NCBI RefSeq assembly: GCF_009914755.1
Contig: NC_060941.1
Direction: 5' to 3' (one strand)
DNA: 64,000 bases
Source of the DNA: the human T2T-CHM13v2.0 reference genome, Homo sapiens
A model generated the notes under the pieces. It was not told the DNA's origin. It ran no database searches and was given only the letters and a program-made list of their open reading frames with translations. Positions 26,995-39,984 of this stretch are shown here, piece by piece. The first letter of the stretch is position 1; each line of letters begins with the position of its first letter. The position numbers were made by a program, and so were the translations under genes.

Positions 26995-27890
26995 CTTCAA
27001 ATAGCCTATTCCAAGTCAAGCTCATTATCCTGCCACCCTGAACTCTACTCCAAATCTCCTCCTCTTCCTTCATCCCCTCTAACATGGCCATCATCCTCCC
27101 AGTGCTATATTTATAGACTTGGGCGCCTACTGAGACTCTTTTGTCTTCCTTATTCATGAGAGCTCATTAGTCATGAAGTTCTGTGAATTTTTGTAATACA
27201 CTTCATGGTTCTTGCAACTATTGCTGTCCTCTTTATACCCAGTGCTACTGCTTCAGATCAGGGCCTCAAGTACTCTCACCTTATTATTGCATCACTTCCT
27301 AACTGGTCTTGCTGCTTCCAACCTTATGTCTCTCGAAGCCAGTCTCTCCATAGCCATTGTGATGGCTCTAGGTCTAAACATTTCACTTCCCTGCAAACGA
27401 AATCCTTCAGTGGCACCTTAGTTCCCTATGGGAAATGTCCAGGCTCTTTTATCCGGCCTGAAAGGCCCACCATGACCTCCAGCTTCACCATTCACCTCCC
27501 TGCCCAGCCCACATAAGCCGGCCATGCCAAGCCACTGCATGGACCTGACTGTTTGCACATCTGTATCTGTAAACACACCTTCCCCTCCTCCTAGAATGTC
27601 CTTCCCCCCAGGTTCATCTGGAAAACTCTTACTCATCCTTCAAAACCCTGCTCAGGCTTCACCCTCCAGGTAGAGATGCTCATGCATGCCTCTCTGCTAC
27701 CATCATGCCCACAACATACCTCTATTAAGGCCTCTACTGCTTCATATTGCAATGATTTGTGTACAGCGCATCTCCCAGGTAAAATGAGAGCTGCTTGAGG
27801 GCCAGACAGTGGTTTATAGAAATTATTTCCCCAGGACCTAGCACAGCTTCTGACACACCATAAGCACTAAATATACTTTGTTGATATAGA
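26995..27890 (+). mobile_element. L2 LINE 3' portion
   Basis: Typical L2 blocks, ending ccccaggacctagcacagcttctgacacaccataagcactaaatatactttgttga. Confidence 0.8.
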
Positions 27891-28910
27891 TGATTTTTCT
27901 GAATTGATCCAACTGATTCCTTTCACAAGCACAACCACTGCAGGGAAGAAAAATAGTCTTCTTACTTAGGAAAAAAATTACTTGACATGTCTTAACTGTA
28001 AAACCCTTGAACAAGCACTTTATCCTTCTTCTGTGGTTACTTTTTCTTTTTTATTGTGTCGCTGTGGTCTGGATAAAGTTGTCTGAGTTTTATTCATTTC
28101 TTAACTCTGATTGCTATCTTGCAAGGGGGATGGGATGAAATAGCAAACAATATATTCTAGCTTTTTTCTTTCCCAGAGGCATATATAGAACAGCCTCTGA
28201 AGAAGTATTAATATTGGAAAAGATGCTATTATCTGCATTATACTAATTAATCCATACATCTACCTGTCATTCTTTCTTTTCTATGGCTTTTCTCACCGCA
28301 GTGGTGTGCTCTTCCGCTGCTGGTAAATTGGCACAATAAATCTGGGGGGACCACCTCTATTTCCAGCAGTTCACTTAACATTTTATCACGTGGCCGTGGA
28401 CTCAGGATTGAAGTCAGTTAAAAAGATTAATACCATTTAATACCACCCAGAAGGAAGATGCCAGAAGTCTGTTTAAGGTCCTGTTATTCATGTCTTCATT
28501 TCCTTTGTGCGTGTATTGTGATAAGCATAGCCATCCTTTTTAGGCTGCTGCTAATAACTACTTAAAATGATTAAGGTAACTAGTTATTTCCTGTAAGAAA
28601 ATTGCGCTGCTGTCATTAACACGAAATTAACATGGCTCCCATTTCATCTTCAGCACACAGCCTGTTGCCCCCCGTTGCCTTAAACAAACAGAACTGTCTC
28701 CAGAAGGCTGTGCGCTCCTTTGTAAGAGGCAAGGAGGTAAGAAAGCGTAGTTTTGCAGAGGATGCTGCCCATGGAGGCAGCCGGAGGAGGGAAAAGCATA
28801 GTCCCCCAAACTGCCATGAGGTTTGGAGGAGTAATTAGCATAATTGTCATTATTCTGTATGGCCTGAGCAATGTGAATGGGATCCGTGCCCTTTAAAATT
28901 CCCAGTTCTC

Positions 28911-29498
<588 letters not shown>

Positions 29499-29713
29499 TA
29501 AGATTTTCTCTTACTTGACACATGCAAGACATTTGCATGTGAGAGACACTCCCATCGGAACACTCTGCTTTTGAGAAGGATCTACACATATCTTGTAGGG
29601 ACATGAAGCACCGTGATGCTTGTAAGGTCCTAAGTATTAATGGTAAGTCAGCAATGGCTGCTTATTGGGAGTCTTGGCACAAATAAGATTGGCTAGTGCT
29701 ACTTAAGTGGAGT

Positions 29714-30033
29714 CTGTGAACATGTGTGTACAAGTTTTAGTTTGAGTACGTGTTTTCAGTTATTTTGGGTATATACCTATGACCGGCATTGCTGGACTCT
29801 GTACTTTTATGTTCAACTTTTTGAGGAACCACCAAACTGTTTTCCTATATTTTAAAGTTGAGCACTTATGTGTGCCAGGCCCCGAGTTGAAGAGTTCACG
29901 AGATAGTGTACTTGGAGGGTGAACATCTAGAGCCAGGAGGAGACCAGAGGGCCAAAGTAGTTCAAGTCATCTTTGGGAATCTGTCACAGTTGTCCCTCTT
30001 GCTCACTTGCTCTTACTCCTCTACCCCACTCTG
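29714..30033 (-). repeat. Left arm of an old inverted duplication (L1MB fragment plus flank)
   Basis: Reverse complement aligns with 31289-31584, e.g. gagttgaagagttcac 29884-29899 vs gtgaactcttcaactc 31405-31420. Confidence 0.88.
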
Positions 30034-30044
30034 ATTGTCTGCTG

Positions 30045-30210
30045 TGAGTGGCACCATCAGCACAGCCATCACCTGAGAGCATATTAGACATGCAGAATCT
30101 GGGGCCCCACCCAGACCTACTGCACCAGCATTTCTGGGGGTGAGGCCCAGGAATCTGTTTTTAAGAAGCCCTCTAGGTGTTTCTGATGATTACTCAAGAC
30201 TGAGAAGCTC
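30045..30210. mobile_element. MER5A MITE
   Basis: catcacctgagagcatattagacatgcagaatctggggccccacccagacctactg...gaggcccaggaatctgttttta. Confidence 0.85.
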
Positions 30211-30809
30211 CGAGATAGATGTAGGTGCAGTGTTACCCTTGTTGCTCTTACATCAGAAACCCTATTGGCTGCAAAGTGAGCGTCAGATACTGCTTTTAGA
30301 GATAGCTTTTAGTCTTCTCTAACTTAAATACAGTGAATCATATGCAACACTCCCCACTTTTAGCAGGTTATGTGCACCCACTTCACTTACAACTGCAAAA
30401 CCCTACCATTCCAGGCAGAGTCACCTCGGTTCCATATCATGTCAGGGGCTCTTAACTTGTCACAGTAGAAATAACCCAGGGTTATCTTAGTAATCCTGAG
30501 ACTGTGCTCTTCTTTACCACCCAGGCCAGCCTGCAAATGTGATGATGGGTCTACCACAGAGTCCATGGCCACAGAGTAGCCCTCTGTGGCTTCCTGACAG
30601 CCAAGAGCAGCCTCGATTTGATATCTGGTGTTTGTTTTAAGCCTTTCCTTTTTCTGCTGTCAGGAAGTGGTAATGTAGTAGTGTGTTGAAAGAGCATACA
30701 TTTTGTTGTCAAACAGACCAGGGTTTGAATTCTGATTCTGCTACTTGAGCCTGCAAAATGGGTTAATAATATCTACTATGTGGAATAATATTTGTTCAAT
30801 AAATGGTGG

Positions 30810-31217
30810 TGATATGGTTTGGGTCTGTGTCCCCACCCAAATCTCATGTTCAATTGTAATACTCAGCGTTGGAGGTGAGGCCTGGTGGGAGGTTACTGGA
30901 TCATGTGGGCGGAGTTCTCATGAATGGTTTAGCACCATCCACTGTGGGCCGTTCTTGTGATAGTGAGTGAGTTATCATGAGATGTGGTTGTTTAAAAGTG
31001 TGTAGTACCTCCTCCCTTGTGCTCTTCCTCCTGCTCCAGCCATATGAAGAGGCACCTGCTCCTGCCATCATTGTAAGTTTCCTGAGGCCCCCCCAGAAGC
31101 AGATGCTGCCATGCTTCCTGTACAGCCTGCAGAACCATGAACCAATGAAACCTCTTTTCTTATAATGTACCCAGTCTCAGGCATTTCTTTATAGCAATGC
31201 GAGAATGAACTAATAGA
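30810..31217 (+). mobile_element. MST (MSTA/B) MaLR solo LTR
   Basis: tgatatggtttgggtctgtgtccccacccaaatctcatgtt...cttcctgtacagcctgcagaacc...aactaataga; TSD ggtgg / agtgg. Confidence 0.92.
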
Positions 31218-31288
31218 AGTGGTTACTGCTGTTATTAATCATTGCTGATAATTAAAAAAAACCAAATATGTACATAAAAAGAGGGAGA

Positions 31289-31584
31289 CAGGGTGGAGTA
31301 GAGAGAGAGAGAGAACTGTCATAAATTCCTAAAGACTTTTTGAACTACTGTGGCCCTCTGTCTCCTCTTGGCTCTAGATGTTTGTCATCCAAGTGAACTA
31401 TTTTGTGAACTCTTCAACTCAGTGCTTGGTACGGGGTAAGCACTCAAAACAATTTGGTACCTCAAAAAGTTAAACATACAATTACCATATAACCCAACAA
31501 TGCCACTCCTAGGTATACACCCCCCCACCGGCTGCCAATTGAAAATAGGTACCCAAACTGAAAACTGTACACCCATGTTCACAG
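31289..31584 (+). repeat. Right arm of the old inverted duplication
   Basis: Aligns antisense to 29714-30033 across the flank/L1 junction. Confidence 0.88.
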
Positions 31585-32010
31585 CAGCACTATTCACAAT
31601 ACCAAAAGGTAGAAACAACCCAAATGTCCATCAATGAATGAATAGGCAATTTGTGGTATACCCACAAAATGGAATATTATCCTGCCATGAAAAGGAAGAA
31701 ATGACAATACATGCTACAATGTGGATGAACCTTGGAAACATGCTATGTGAAAGAAAGCAGACCAAAAACTCACATATTGTATAATAATATGTAAAATCTA
31801 GAACAGGTAAATCCATAGAGACAGGTTGCCAGAAGCTGGGGAAGGGAGAAATGGGAGTGACTTTAATAGATAATGGGGTTTCCTTTTGGAATGGTGAAAG
31901 TGTTTTGGAACTAGATAAATGTGGTTGCATAACATTTTGACTGTGCTAAGTGCCATTAAATTGTTCACTTTAAAATGGTTACTTTTATACTATTAAAATT
32001 AATTAAAAAT
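31450..32010 (+). mobile_element. L1MB-like 3' fragment
   Basis: cctcaaaaagttaaacata..ttaccatataaccca...aaacaacccaaatgtccatca...ttgttcactttaaaatggtta. Confidence 0.85.
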
Positions 32011-32851
32011 ATATATGTATATATGTTTATAGAACAATAAAGGATGAAAGGCTGAGCCTGAATAACTGATTTACTTATTCGGAAAAGCAAAGCTGTTTAA
32101 AAAATATTTTACTTCTGTTGCTTCTGGCTATAACTGAAAATCCCTCAGTCCATGTGGGGAACACAGATGACGAATATGCAGCCCTCCAGCATGTGTATGT
32201 GGTCATTAACTTGGCCTTGCTGGTCCAGGGATTTCAGGTAAAAATCAGGAACTATGAAAGTTATTAATAACTCAGTTGCTTCTAAGACAGGTGAACATCT
32301 AAGACAGGGCCATAGGAATGGTGTAATGCAGTCAAGAGAAAAATGTGAAGGAGAAGGATGCAGGCAAGTTCTCCTGAGAGACAGATCCAGGAGCATAAAA
32401 TTGGCATTTTTTCTCCATTAAACAATTTGGGATGATCTGAAGTCTCCTCCAAGTTTCTGTCTCTCTCTTTATCTTAATTAGCAAAGAAAGTCTTAGGTAC
32501 AGTAAGCCCTCTCCTTCCCTAATGGATTAGCCAGCAAATAGGAAACTAAGCTTTGGGAGAGACTAATAATAGAATGAAGGGAAAGAAGGACAAGGATTGA
32601 CTGTAGACTTAAGCTTTCTCCGTTCATTCATTCCTTCACGTTCCAAAGCAATTGCATTTCTTATTTGTATGTTACAGTCATTCTCCACCCTCAAAGAGTT
32701 TACCATTTATTGGTGGGGGTGGGGGACATGGACACAAACAAGTATACAGTAAACCACAGCATCATATGTCAGACTGTACTGTGCATATGAATCCTTTGGC
32801 AATCTTGTTAAAATGCAGATTCTGATTCATTATGTCTGGGGCAGATTCTGA

Positions 32852-33193
<342 letters not shown>

Positions 33194-33195
33194 TA

Positions 33196-33318
33196 TTTTT
33201 TTTTTTTTTTAAGACAGAGTCTTGCTTTGTCACCAGGCTGGAGTGCAGTGGCGCAATCTCAGCTCACTGCAACCTCCAACCCCTGGGTTGAAGCGATTCT
33301 CCTGCCTCAGCCTCCCAA
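33196..33318 (-). mobile_element. 5'-truncated AluS right-arm fragment
   Basis: Poly-T, agacagagtcttgctttgtcaccaggctgg...cctcagcctcccaa; outer TSD gagactc(t/c)gt(t/a)tttct encloses both Alus. Confidence 0.9.
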
Positions 33319-33415
33319 ATGGAGACTCCGTATTTCTAAGAGCACAGAGGTGAAGCCTGTGTTCCTGGTCTGAGGGGCTAGAGTGTGATAACCACAATAA
33401 AAAGGAGATGCCGTA

Positions 33416-33754
33416 CAGCAGATTCAGCAAACAGCCTGCAGGCCATATCCTATTTTTGTATGGCCCATGAACTAAGGATGGTTATACATTTTTAAATGGT
33501 TGGGAAAAAACTCAAACCAAAACAATTGAAGAAGGCTGTTTCACGACAACTGAAAATTATATAAAATTCAACTTTCAGCATCTGTAAACAATGTTTCATT
33601 GGAACAGTCACCCCTATTTGTTTGCATATTGTCTGTGACTGCTTTCCCACTACAAAGGCAGAGTTGAGTAGTTGCAACTGAGACCATATGGCCCACGAAG
33701 CCTAACATGTTTACTATCTGGCCCTTCACTGGAAAAAAAAATTGTCTATCCCTG
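33416..33754. mobile_element. MER58B hAT-Charlie element
   Basis: gaactaaggatggttatacatttttaaatggttg...ggcagagttgagtagttgcaactgagaccatatggccc...tttactatctggccctt. Confidence 0.88.
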
Positions 33755-34162
33755 GTATAAAGTAATATGGGATTTCAAGAGAGAGGGAAAGATCATTTCC
33801 AGTTGTATTCATCAGGGAAGACTTCATGGAGGAAGAGTATATGAGTAGCTTGACCAGTGAGTAGGATCTGAGTGGCAGCCGTTGGGGAGGAAGGAAATCT
33901 AGTAAATGCATAGGCTTGGAAATAAGGAAAGCAGGTGGCATGACTACAGATCTCAGTGTCGAAAGCCTTAAGCCAGGTTGCTGTCCAGACTGCCAGCTTC
34001 CTTCTGAATGGGAAAGAGAAATGCTCTGACACAAAGAAACTCTGGTTCCCAGCTCTGGAAGATTAAACCAATTGGGCAAGTGTATGGTGGACTACATGTG
34101 TATCCGTGAGCAATAATGAAGGCCAGGTATAACAGTGGATTTCTGGGTGAGCATTTGGAAGC

Positions 34163-34435
34163 CAGTGGTTCTCAAAGTTGGGGAGTGACACTCCCGCACC
34201 CTGTTCCCCAGGGAGTGTTTGGAAACATCTCTTTTGGGTTGTCATACTAATTAGGGGACATCTCCTGATACTTACTCCCCAGGAGTCAAGAATGCTAAAG
34301 GATTTACAGTGGGATGCAGAAGACTATAGTTCTGGGCAAGGTCACATGTCCTCCCCTGAATGTCAACAGCACCCTCAATAACATGCTCAGTCTGAGGACT
34401 CTTCTGTGGTGTAGAATGACCATAGGTTGAGAAAT
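34163..34435. mobile_element. Degenerate hAT-Charlie element (MER20B-like)
   Basis: cagtggttctcaaag...ccccagggagtgtttggaaa...gggttgtcatac...ggttgagaaa. Confidence 0.5.
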
Positions 34436-35068
34436 TAAAAGACTTGGATGAAGGGAATGGAACCCACTTGGATAGTGATGAATGGAGACCAAGCAAGAGG
34501 GCAGATTGATGCTATTGCTTGGCAGTGAGACCAAAAGACTTCCATTTCCCCCCCAACATTCCCAGAGAGCCAGAATGCCAGGGTAGAGTACAAATCCAAA
34601 GAGAATCTATATTGTAGGGAATATTTATGGTGCCTATGAAAGATAAGATTTGCATGATGGGTGAAGGTCAATGACAATTATTTATTCACAACCAGTCTTC
34701 CAGCCTTAATCTGCACAGTGGTTAGGTGGCTAGCTTTGCAATCAGAAAGAGCTGGGTATGATTTCAGCTTTGTCTCTTCCTAGCTGGGAAACCTGGATAA
34801 GTTATTTTAAATTTTCTTGTTTTCTGATCTGCAAAATGGGTATGGTAATAGATTGTTTTAAGTATTGATTGAGATAATCCGTGGGGCAGGCTTAGCACAA
34901 TATTGGGGCCCTCAGGGGTGCCCTGTAAATGAGTTTCCATCTCTCTTTGCTTCAATGAACACGAACTGATTTTCTGATGCCATCAGTGCTGCTGTTGGCA
35001 TCAGAATAGCAGGTGGGAAAATTAGAGGGGAACCAATTTTAGCCATGCATGGCATTGGTTGATATAAG

Positions 35069-35281
35069 GGATGGCTTCTCAATCTTGGCACTGTTCATAT
35101 ATTGGGCTGGATAGTTCTTTGTTGTGGGGGCTACCTTGTACATTGTAGGATGTCTAGTAGTATCCCTGGCCTCTACCCACTAGAGACGCCAGTAGCACCC
35201 CCAGTCATGACAACCCTAACTGTCTCTAGACATTGCCAAATGTCCCCTGAAAGGCAATATGGTCCTCGATCGAGACCACTG
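35069..35281. mobile_element. MER20 hAT-Charlie MITE
   Basis: ttctcaatcttggcactgtt...gtatccctggcctctacccactaga...tgtctctagacattgccaaatgtcccctg...gagaccactg. Confidence 0.9.
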
Positions 35282-35314
35282 GTTTAAGGTAAGAGAAAAA
35301 TAAGTCGTGGCTGT

Positions 35315-35578
35315 TTATCTTTTTATACAAATGTAAGGGGTACAATTGCAGTTTTGTCACATGGCTATATTGTGTAGTAGTAAAATATGGGCTTTTAGTG
35401 TAACCATCACCCAAATAACATACATTGTAGCCATCAGGTAATTTCTCATCCCTCCCCCTGCCACCCTTCTGCGTCTCCAGTGTCTATAAGTCCATACTCT
35501 AGGTCCATGGGTACATATTATTAAGCTTCACTTAGACGTGGGAACATGGGGTATTTGATTTTCTGATCTGTGGCTGTT
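35315..35578 (-). mobile_element. L1 (L1PB/L1MA-like) 3' terminal fragment
   Basis: aaggggtacaattgcagttttgtcacatgg...gggcttttagtgtaaccatcaccc...gggtatttgattttctg. Confidence 0.8.
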
Positions 35579-37573
35579 TGGGGTGAAGGGAGAAATGCAG
35601 GATTGCTTTGATTTTTGTCTTAGCAAAAAATCTGACCATAAATCTCCAAGCTCTATGGTCTGTAAATTCAACAACATACCATGTTTTCCCCTAATGCCAG
35701 GCACTGCATTCGATCCTGGGGACAGATAGAAATAAGACATGGTCCCTGTTCTCTAGGTAGGGACCACCTTTTTTTGCAGAGCCCCAGCTGAGGAAGAAGA
35801 CTCTTGAAAACTCTGGCCATGAAGTGGCCATTTGTTTTCCGGGCAGAGTCTGCCATCGGGTTTCTAAAAAACGTGGTTGGGCAGCCACACTGATAAGATG
35901 GGAGGCCAGGTGGATTTATGTGGGTGTTTATTCTGAGAGTTGGGCCAAGGCACAAGCTGAAACCGCTGGCAAAATGAAACTTCCCCTGGCCACTGTGAGG
36001 AGGCTGAATTTATCTCAGGGGATGTGGTTTGGTTGACAAGACTGATTATATGGGGTTTATTGTTTACATGAGTATAATATACTCAGGGCTCAAGGCAGAA
36101 GGTGGGTTTTATAAATCAGCAGGTAAGTAAAATAAATGCGTTGGGCTAGATACTCCTGCTCCCTGGATAAAGGTGAAAGGGGATGGTGAATTACAGTTAA
36201 CACAGAAAATGAAGAGAATTCAAAAAACCCAGCGGATTCCTTCTTAAGCGACCATTTACTGCCACCACCCAAAGGCTTCATCCCATTTACCCCACCTACC
36301 CATGGCCATATATTCTATGAGAACATTCTGAAATTTTGTATATACATTGGAAACAGAAGCTTGTCTCCTTACCATTAATAACCAAATGTAAGGAAATGGA
36401 AAGACGGAACACGCCCTGATAAACGTGGGGCAAAGAAGGGAAACCTGACGTTGATGAAGGGCTCCTCTGTAGCAGGCACAGTGGCGGGTGCTTGATACAT
36501 ACATCATTCCATTTAATTCACACAAAAATCCTGTGGGTGGTTATTTCCCAAATTTGCCTGCTTATAAGAACCACCAGGCATGCTTATTATAAATCCAGAG
36601 GTCTTTGTCCCTCCCTTGGACCTACTGAATCCTACTGTCTGGGGAAACATGAAAATCTGTATTTTTAACCATCACTTCAGGGGTTTCTAATGATCGGCTA
36701 GATTGGAAAACACTTCATTAAACTGTAATTCATCATCCCCAAGTTATATGGATGTGGAAAGTAGCTTTGCCTGACCCTTAATTCTAAACCCTTTTCATGG
36801 CTTCATGGTGCCTCCTTAGAAATGACAGGTCCAATTAAGACACAGACAAGATGGGTTTAAAATTTGCCTCTGCTTTGCATATCAGTTCCTTAGAGCTTTG
36901 AGAGTCAGTGTGGTGGAGAGGACATGACCGCTGTAACTGGAGTCCAAGGACTGAGTTACAGCTCTGTAATTTATTAGCTCTGTGACCTTAGACAAGTTAG
37001 TAAAGCTCTCCTGGTCACAGTTTTTTCTTCTGTAAAATGGTGATTAAAAAAATCTCACTTGCTCCGACTGCTTCCAGATCCATTGTGTGGACCAAATGAG
37101 ATAATCGACGGGAAAACGTTTTGCAAATGGTAAAGCCGCCTGTGAGGTCTTAATATTATCCATTCCTGATGGAGTTGATACCCCAATTATCTGTGTAACC
37201 AGTTTCTTTTTTGTGCAATACGTAAAGCTTTGAACTTTTCTTCTCACTTTTGGGTGACTTCAGACAGCGTGGATGATGTGAAAATAAGGAATTCGCGTTT
37301 ATTGACAGATGAAATAAAGGATGAAAGGTGCTCTCTGGCAAAGGCTGCTACTAAATGCAAGAAACCCCGGGACAAGCCACCCACTGAAGGCATGTGCACA
37401 TGTGTTCTCTGAAACTCATGATATGTGGCAGCCAGTGCTCCACTGGATTAACATGGATAAATGAATATTAATAGGACCACCACTCTAGGAAGGATAATTG
37501 GGGGTTGCCTAGATCACTCTCTAGTGACTGAGACTGTCAGAGAACCTTCAGACTCCTAAGCCTGGTCCCACCC

Positions 37574-38035
37574 TGCGGCAGGCTGAATAAATAGGTCTTT
37601 AAAGATGTTCATGTTCTAATCCCCAGAACCTGTGAAAATGTTGCCTTACATGGAAAAATAACTTTGCAGATGTGATTAAGTTAAGGGTCTTGAGAAGAAG
37701 GGGGAGATTATCCTGGATTATCTAAGTGAGCACAACATAATCACAAGGATCCTTCCAAGTGAATAGTGGAGCAGGGAGAGCACAGAAGATGTAATGTGGG
37801 ACCAGAGATTGGAGTGTGATGAGTGTGAGAAGGCGTCAACTGGCCATTGCTGGCTTTGAAGATGGATTCTGCCCTACAGCCTCCAGAAAGAATGAAGCCC
37901 TACCAACACGTTGATCTTAGCTCAGTGAAACCCACTTTGGGCTTCTGACCTCCAGAACTATAAGATAATAAATGTGTGTGGTTTTGAGCCACTACGTTTG
38001 TGGTAGTGTTAGAGTAGCCATAGGAAACCAGTGCA
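37574..38035 (+). mobile_element. MLT1D-like MaLR solo LTR
   Basis: tgcggcaggctgaataa...ctaatccccagaacctgtgaa..actttgcagatgtgattaagttaagg...ttctgacctccagaactataagataataaa...ataggaaaccagtgca. Confidence 0.9.
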
Positions 38036-39129
38036 CCCCCACCGTTCCCAGTGTTTATCAGTGGGGTGCTATTGTCATGTGAGTGGAGGCTGGTTTCTAG
38101 CATAGCAGGGCACCTAGCATCTGATTAAGTACTAAGTGCCAGCCTCCCAAATCATTTAACTACCCAAAACGTGCCATGCCCTGGTTGAAAGGCATAGCTT
38201 ACATCGCTGACACATCTGGGGACTAAAAGAACATGTGGGAATGGGCTTCAGAGGAGCAGAATTTTAAAAATACATTTAAAGCTTAATGGTTCTCTTTAGT
38301 ATTAATTTGCTCACTATGAGATTGGAAACTTCTTTATGCCTACATGACCTCTGTACATCCGGATCCACCACCTGGCCCAGAGTTGGTGCTCTCAAAGTGA
38401 TTGTGAAGAAAATAAATGGATTCTTTGATTATATCTCACTCCTCCAAAGAGAATTTATAATGCCTTAAAATATTAAAAAGTGTAAGCTGAAAATAATGAA
38501 ATCAAATGCCATTAAAAGAAGCAGAGAAAGAGATACCTAGATGCCTGGGGTGGGTGGTTTGTTTCTTAGCTCCACATTTGGCCTTGAATTCCTGACTGCA
38601 AAAATTAGACAGGCATTACCCACTTGAACACCTTCTTAGGTCTCACATGTGGGTCAAAGGCAAATTGTAGGATGTTAGGAGGGACATATGGTTTACCAGA
38701 TATAGCCATCTGAGGACTCTCATGCTAAAAATACAAATATATGTTTGATCTCCAGAAATATCCCTTACAATTAGGCTAGGGATGGTTGAAAAATACACCC
38801 AGCTTGATTAGAGATAGCCAGAGGCATGCTGCTGTGAACGGTTTATTATTGAGATTTTTGGAGGCTATGAATGATGGGGAAGATGGCATGAAGACCCAGA
38901 TTTGCCGTCTGTAAATCATTTGAGACTCTCTCTGTGTCATCATCAGGACTGGAAGGGAAGTCCCATAGGCTGGGAGTGGGAGATGGGAGGGCTAGAGTGT
39001 CTTTGTGTCCTCTGGTAAAGAAAACAAACCCATCTCCAGCCCCTTGTGTCTCCTCCTACCTCTGCAAAGCTGCCAGGTACAACTGCTCTGTGTTATTGAT
39101 GCTAATGACCCACGTAATGGCCCTGCAAG

Positions 39130-39430
39130 AAGGATTTCAAATCTGCAAATGATGGCTTTTGCAGGCACCACAAATCACTGAGCCTTGCAATCAAATGCAG
39201 AGGGACCCAGATCACTGAAGGACTTGGGATAATGAATGATAAAATGCAGTTTAATGTGGACAAATGTAAAATAATATGTCTTGGAACAAACAATCAGAAG
39301 GAGGAACAGCTGCTAAATGAATTGGTTTGCATTACACTGACCAGGGAATAGAAATGGGCCTGAGTGGCAGCCAAACAATCAACAGAGGTGAAGGTTGAAG
39401 AGGCTGGTCCCTGTTGTAGGAAAATAACCC
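39130..39430 (+). mobile_element. CR1/L3 LINE fragment
   Basis: 39244-39294 translates MQFNVDKCKIICLGTNN, matching the CR1 ORF2 FNxxKCKxxHLG motif; degenerate FADD-like codons upstream. Confidence 0.7.
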
Positions 39431-39616
39431 CAGAAAAGTCAGAGGGAGGAAAATGATCAAGTTAATTCCTGCCTCACAGGCACCTGATACGCCACAAAGA
39501 GGAATACAAATGGCCTGACACCCATTCTGAGCTCAATGCTGGCTGTTGCTGCTTAAGCTCCTTGCCAGCTCCTCTGCTCAACCTCCAAACCTGGGGTGCC
39601 CCAGGGATTGGGGGGC

Positions 39617-39981
39617 TAACACGGTTTGGCTGTGTCCCCACCCAAATCTCACCTTGAATTGTAATAATCCCCATGGGTCAAGGGCAGGGCCAGGTGGAGA
39701 TAATTGAATCATGGGTCGGGGGGGGGCGTCTGTTTCCCCCATACTGTTCTTGTGGTAGTGAATAAGTCTCATGAGATCTGATGGTTTTATAAATGGGAGT
39801 AACCCTGCACAAGCTCTCTTGCTTGTCACCGTGTAAGACGTGACTTTGCTCCTCATTCACCTGCCATGATTGTGAGGCCTTCCCAGCTATGTGGACCTGT
39901 GAGTCAATTAAACCTCTTTCCTTTATAAATTACCCAGTTACAGGTACATCTTTATTAGCAGCATAAGAACAGACTAATACA
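39617..39981 (+). mobile_element. THE1 (C/D-like) MaLR solo LTR
   Basis: taacacggtttggctgtgtccccacccaaatctc...gagataattgaatcatggg...agactaataca; TSD ggggc / ggtgc. Confidence 0.93.
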
Positions 39982-39984
39982 GGT

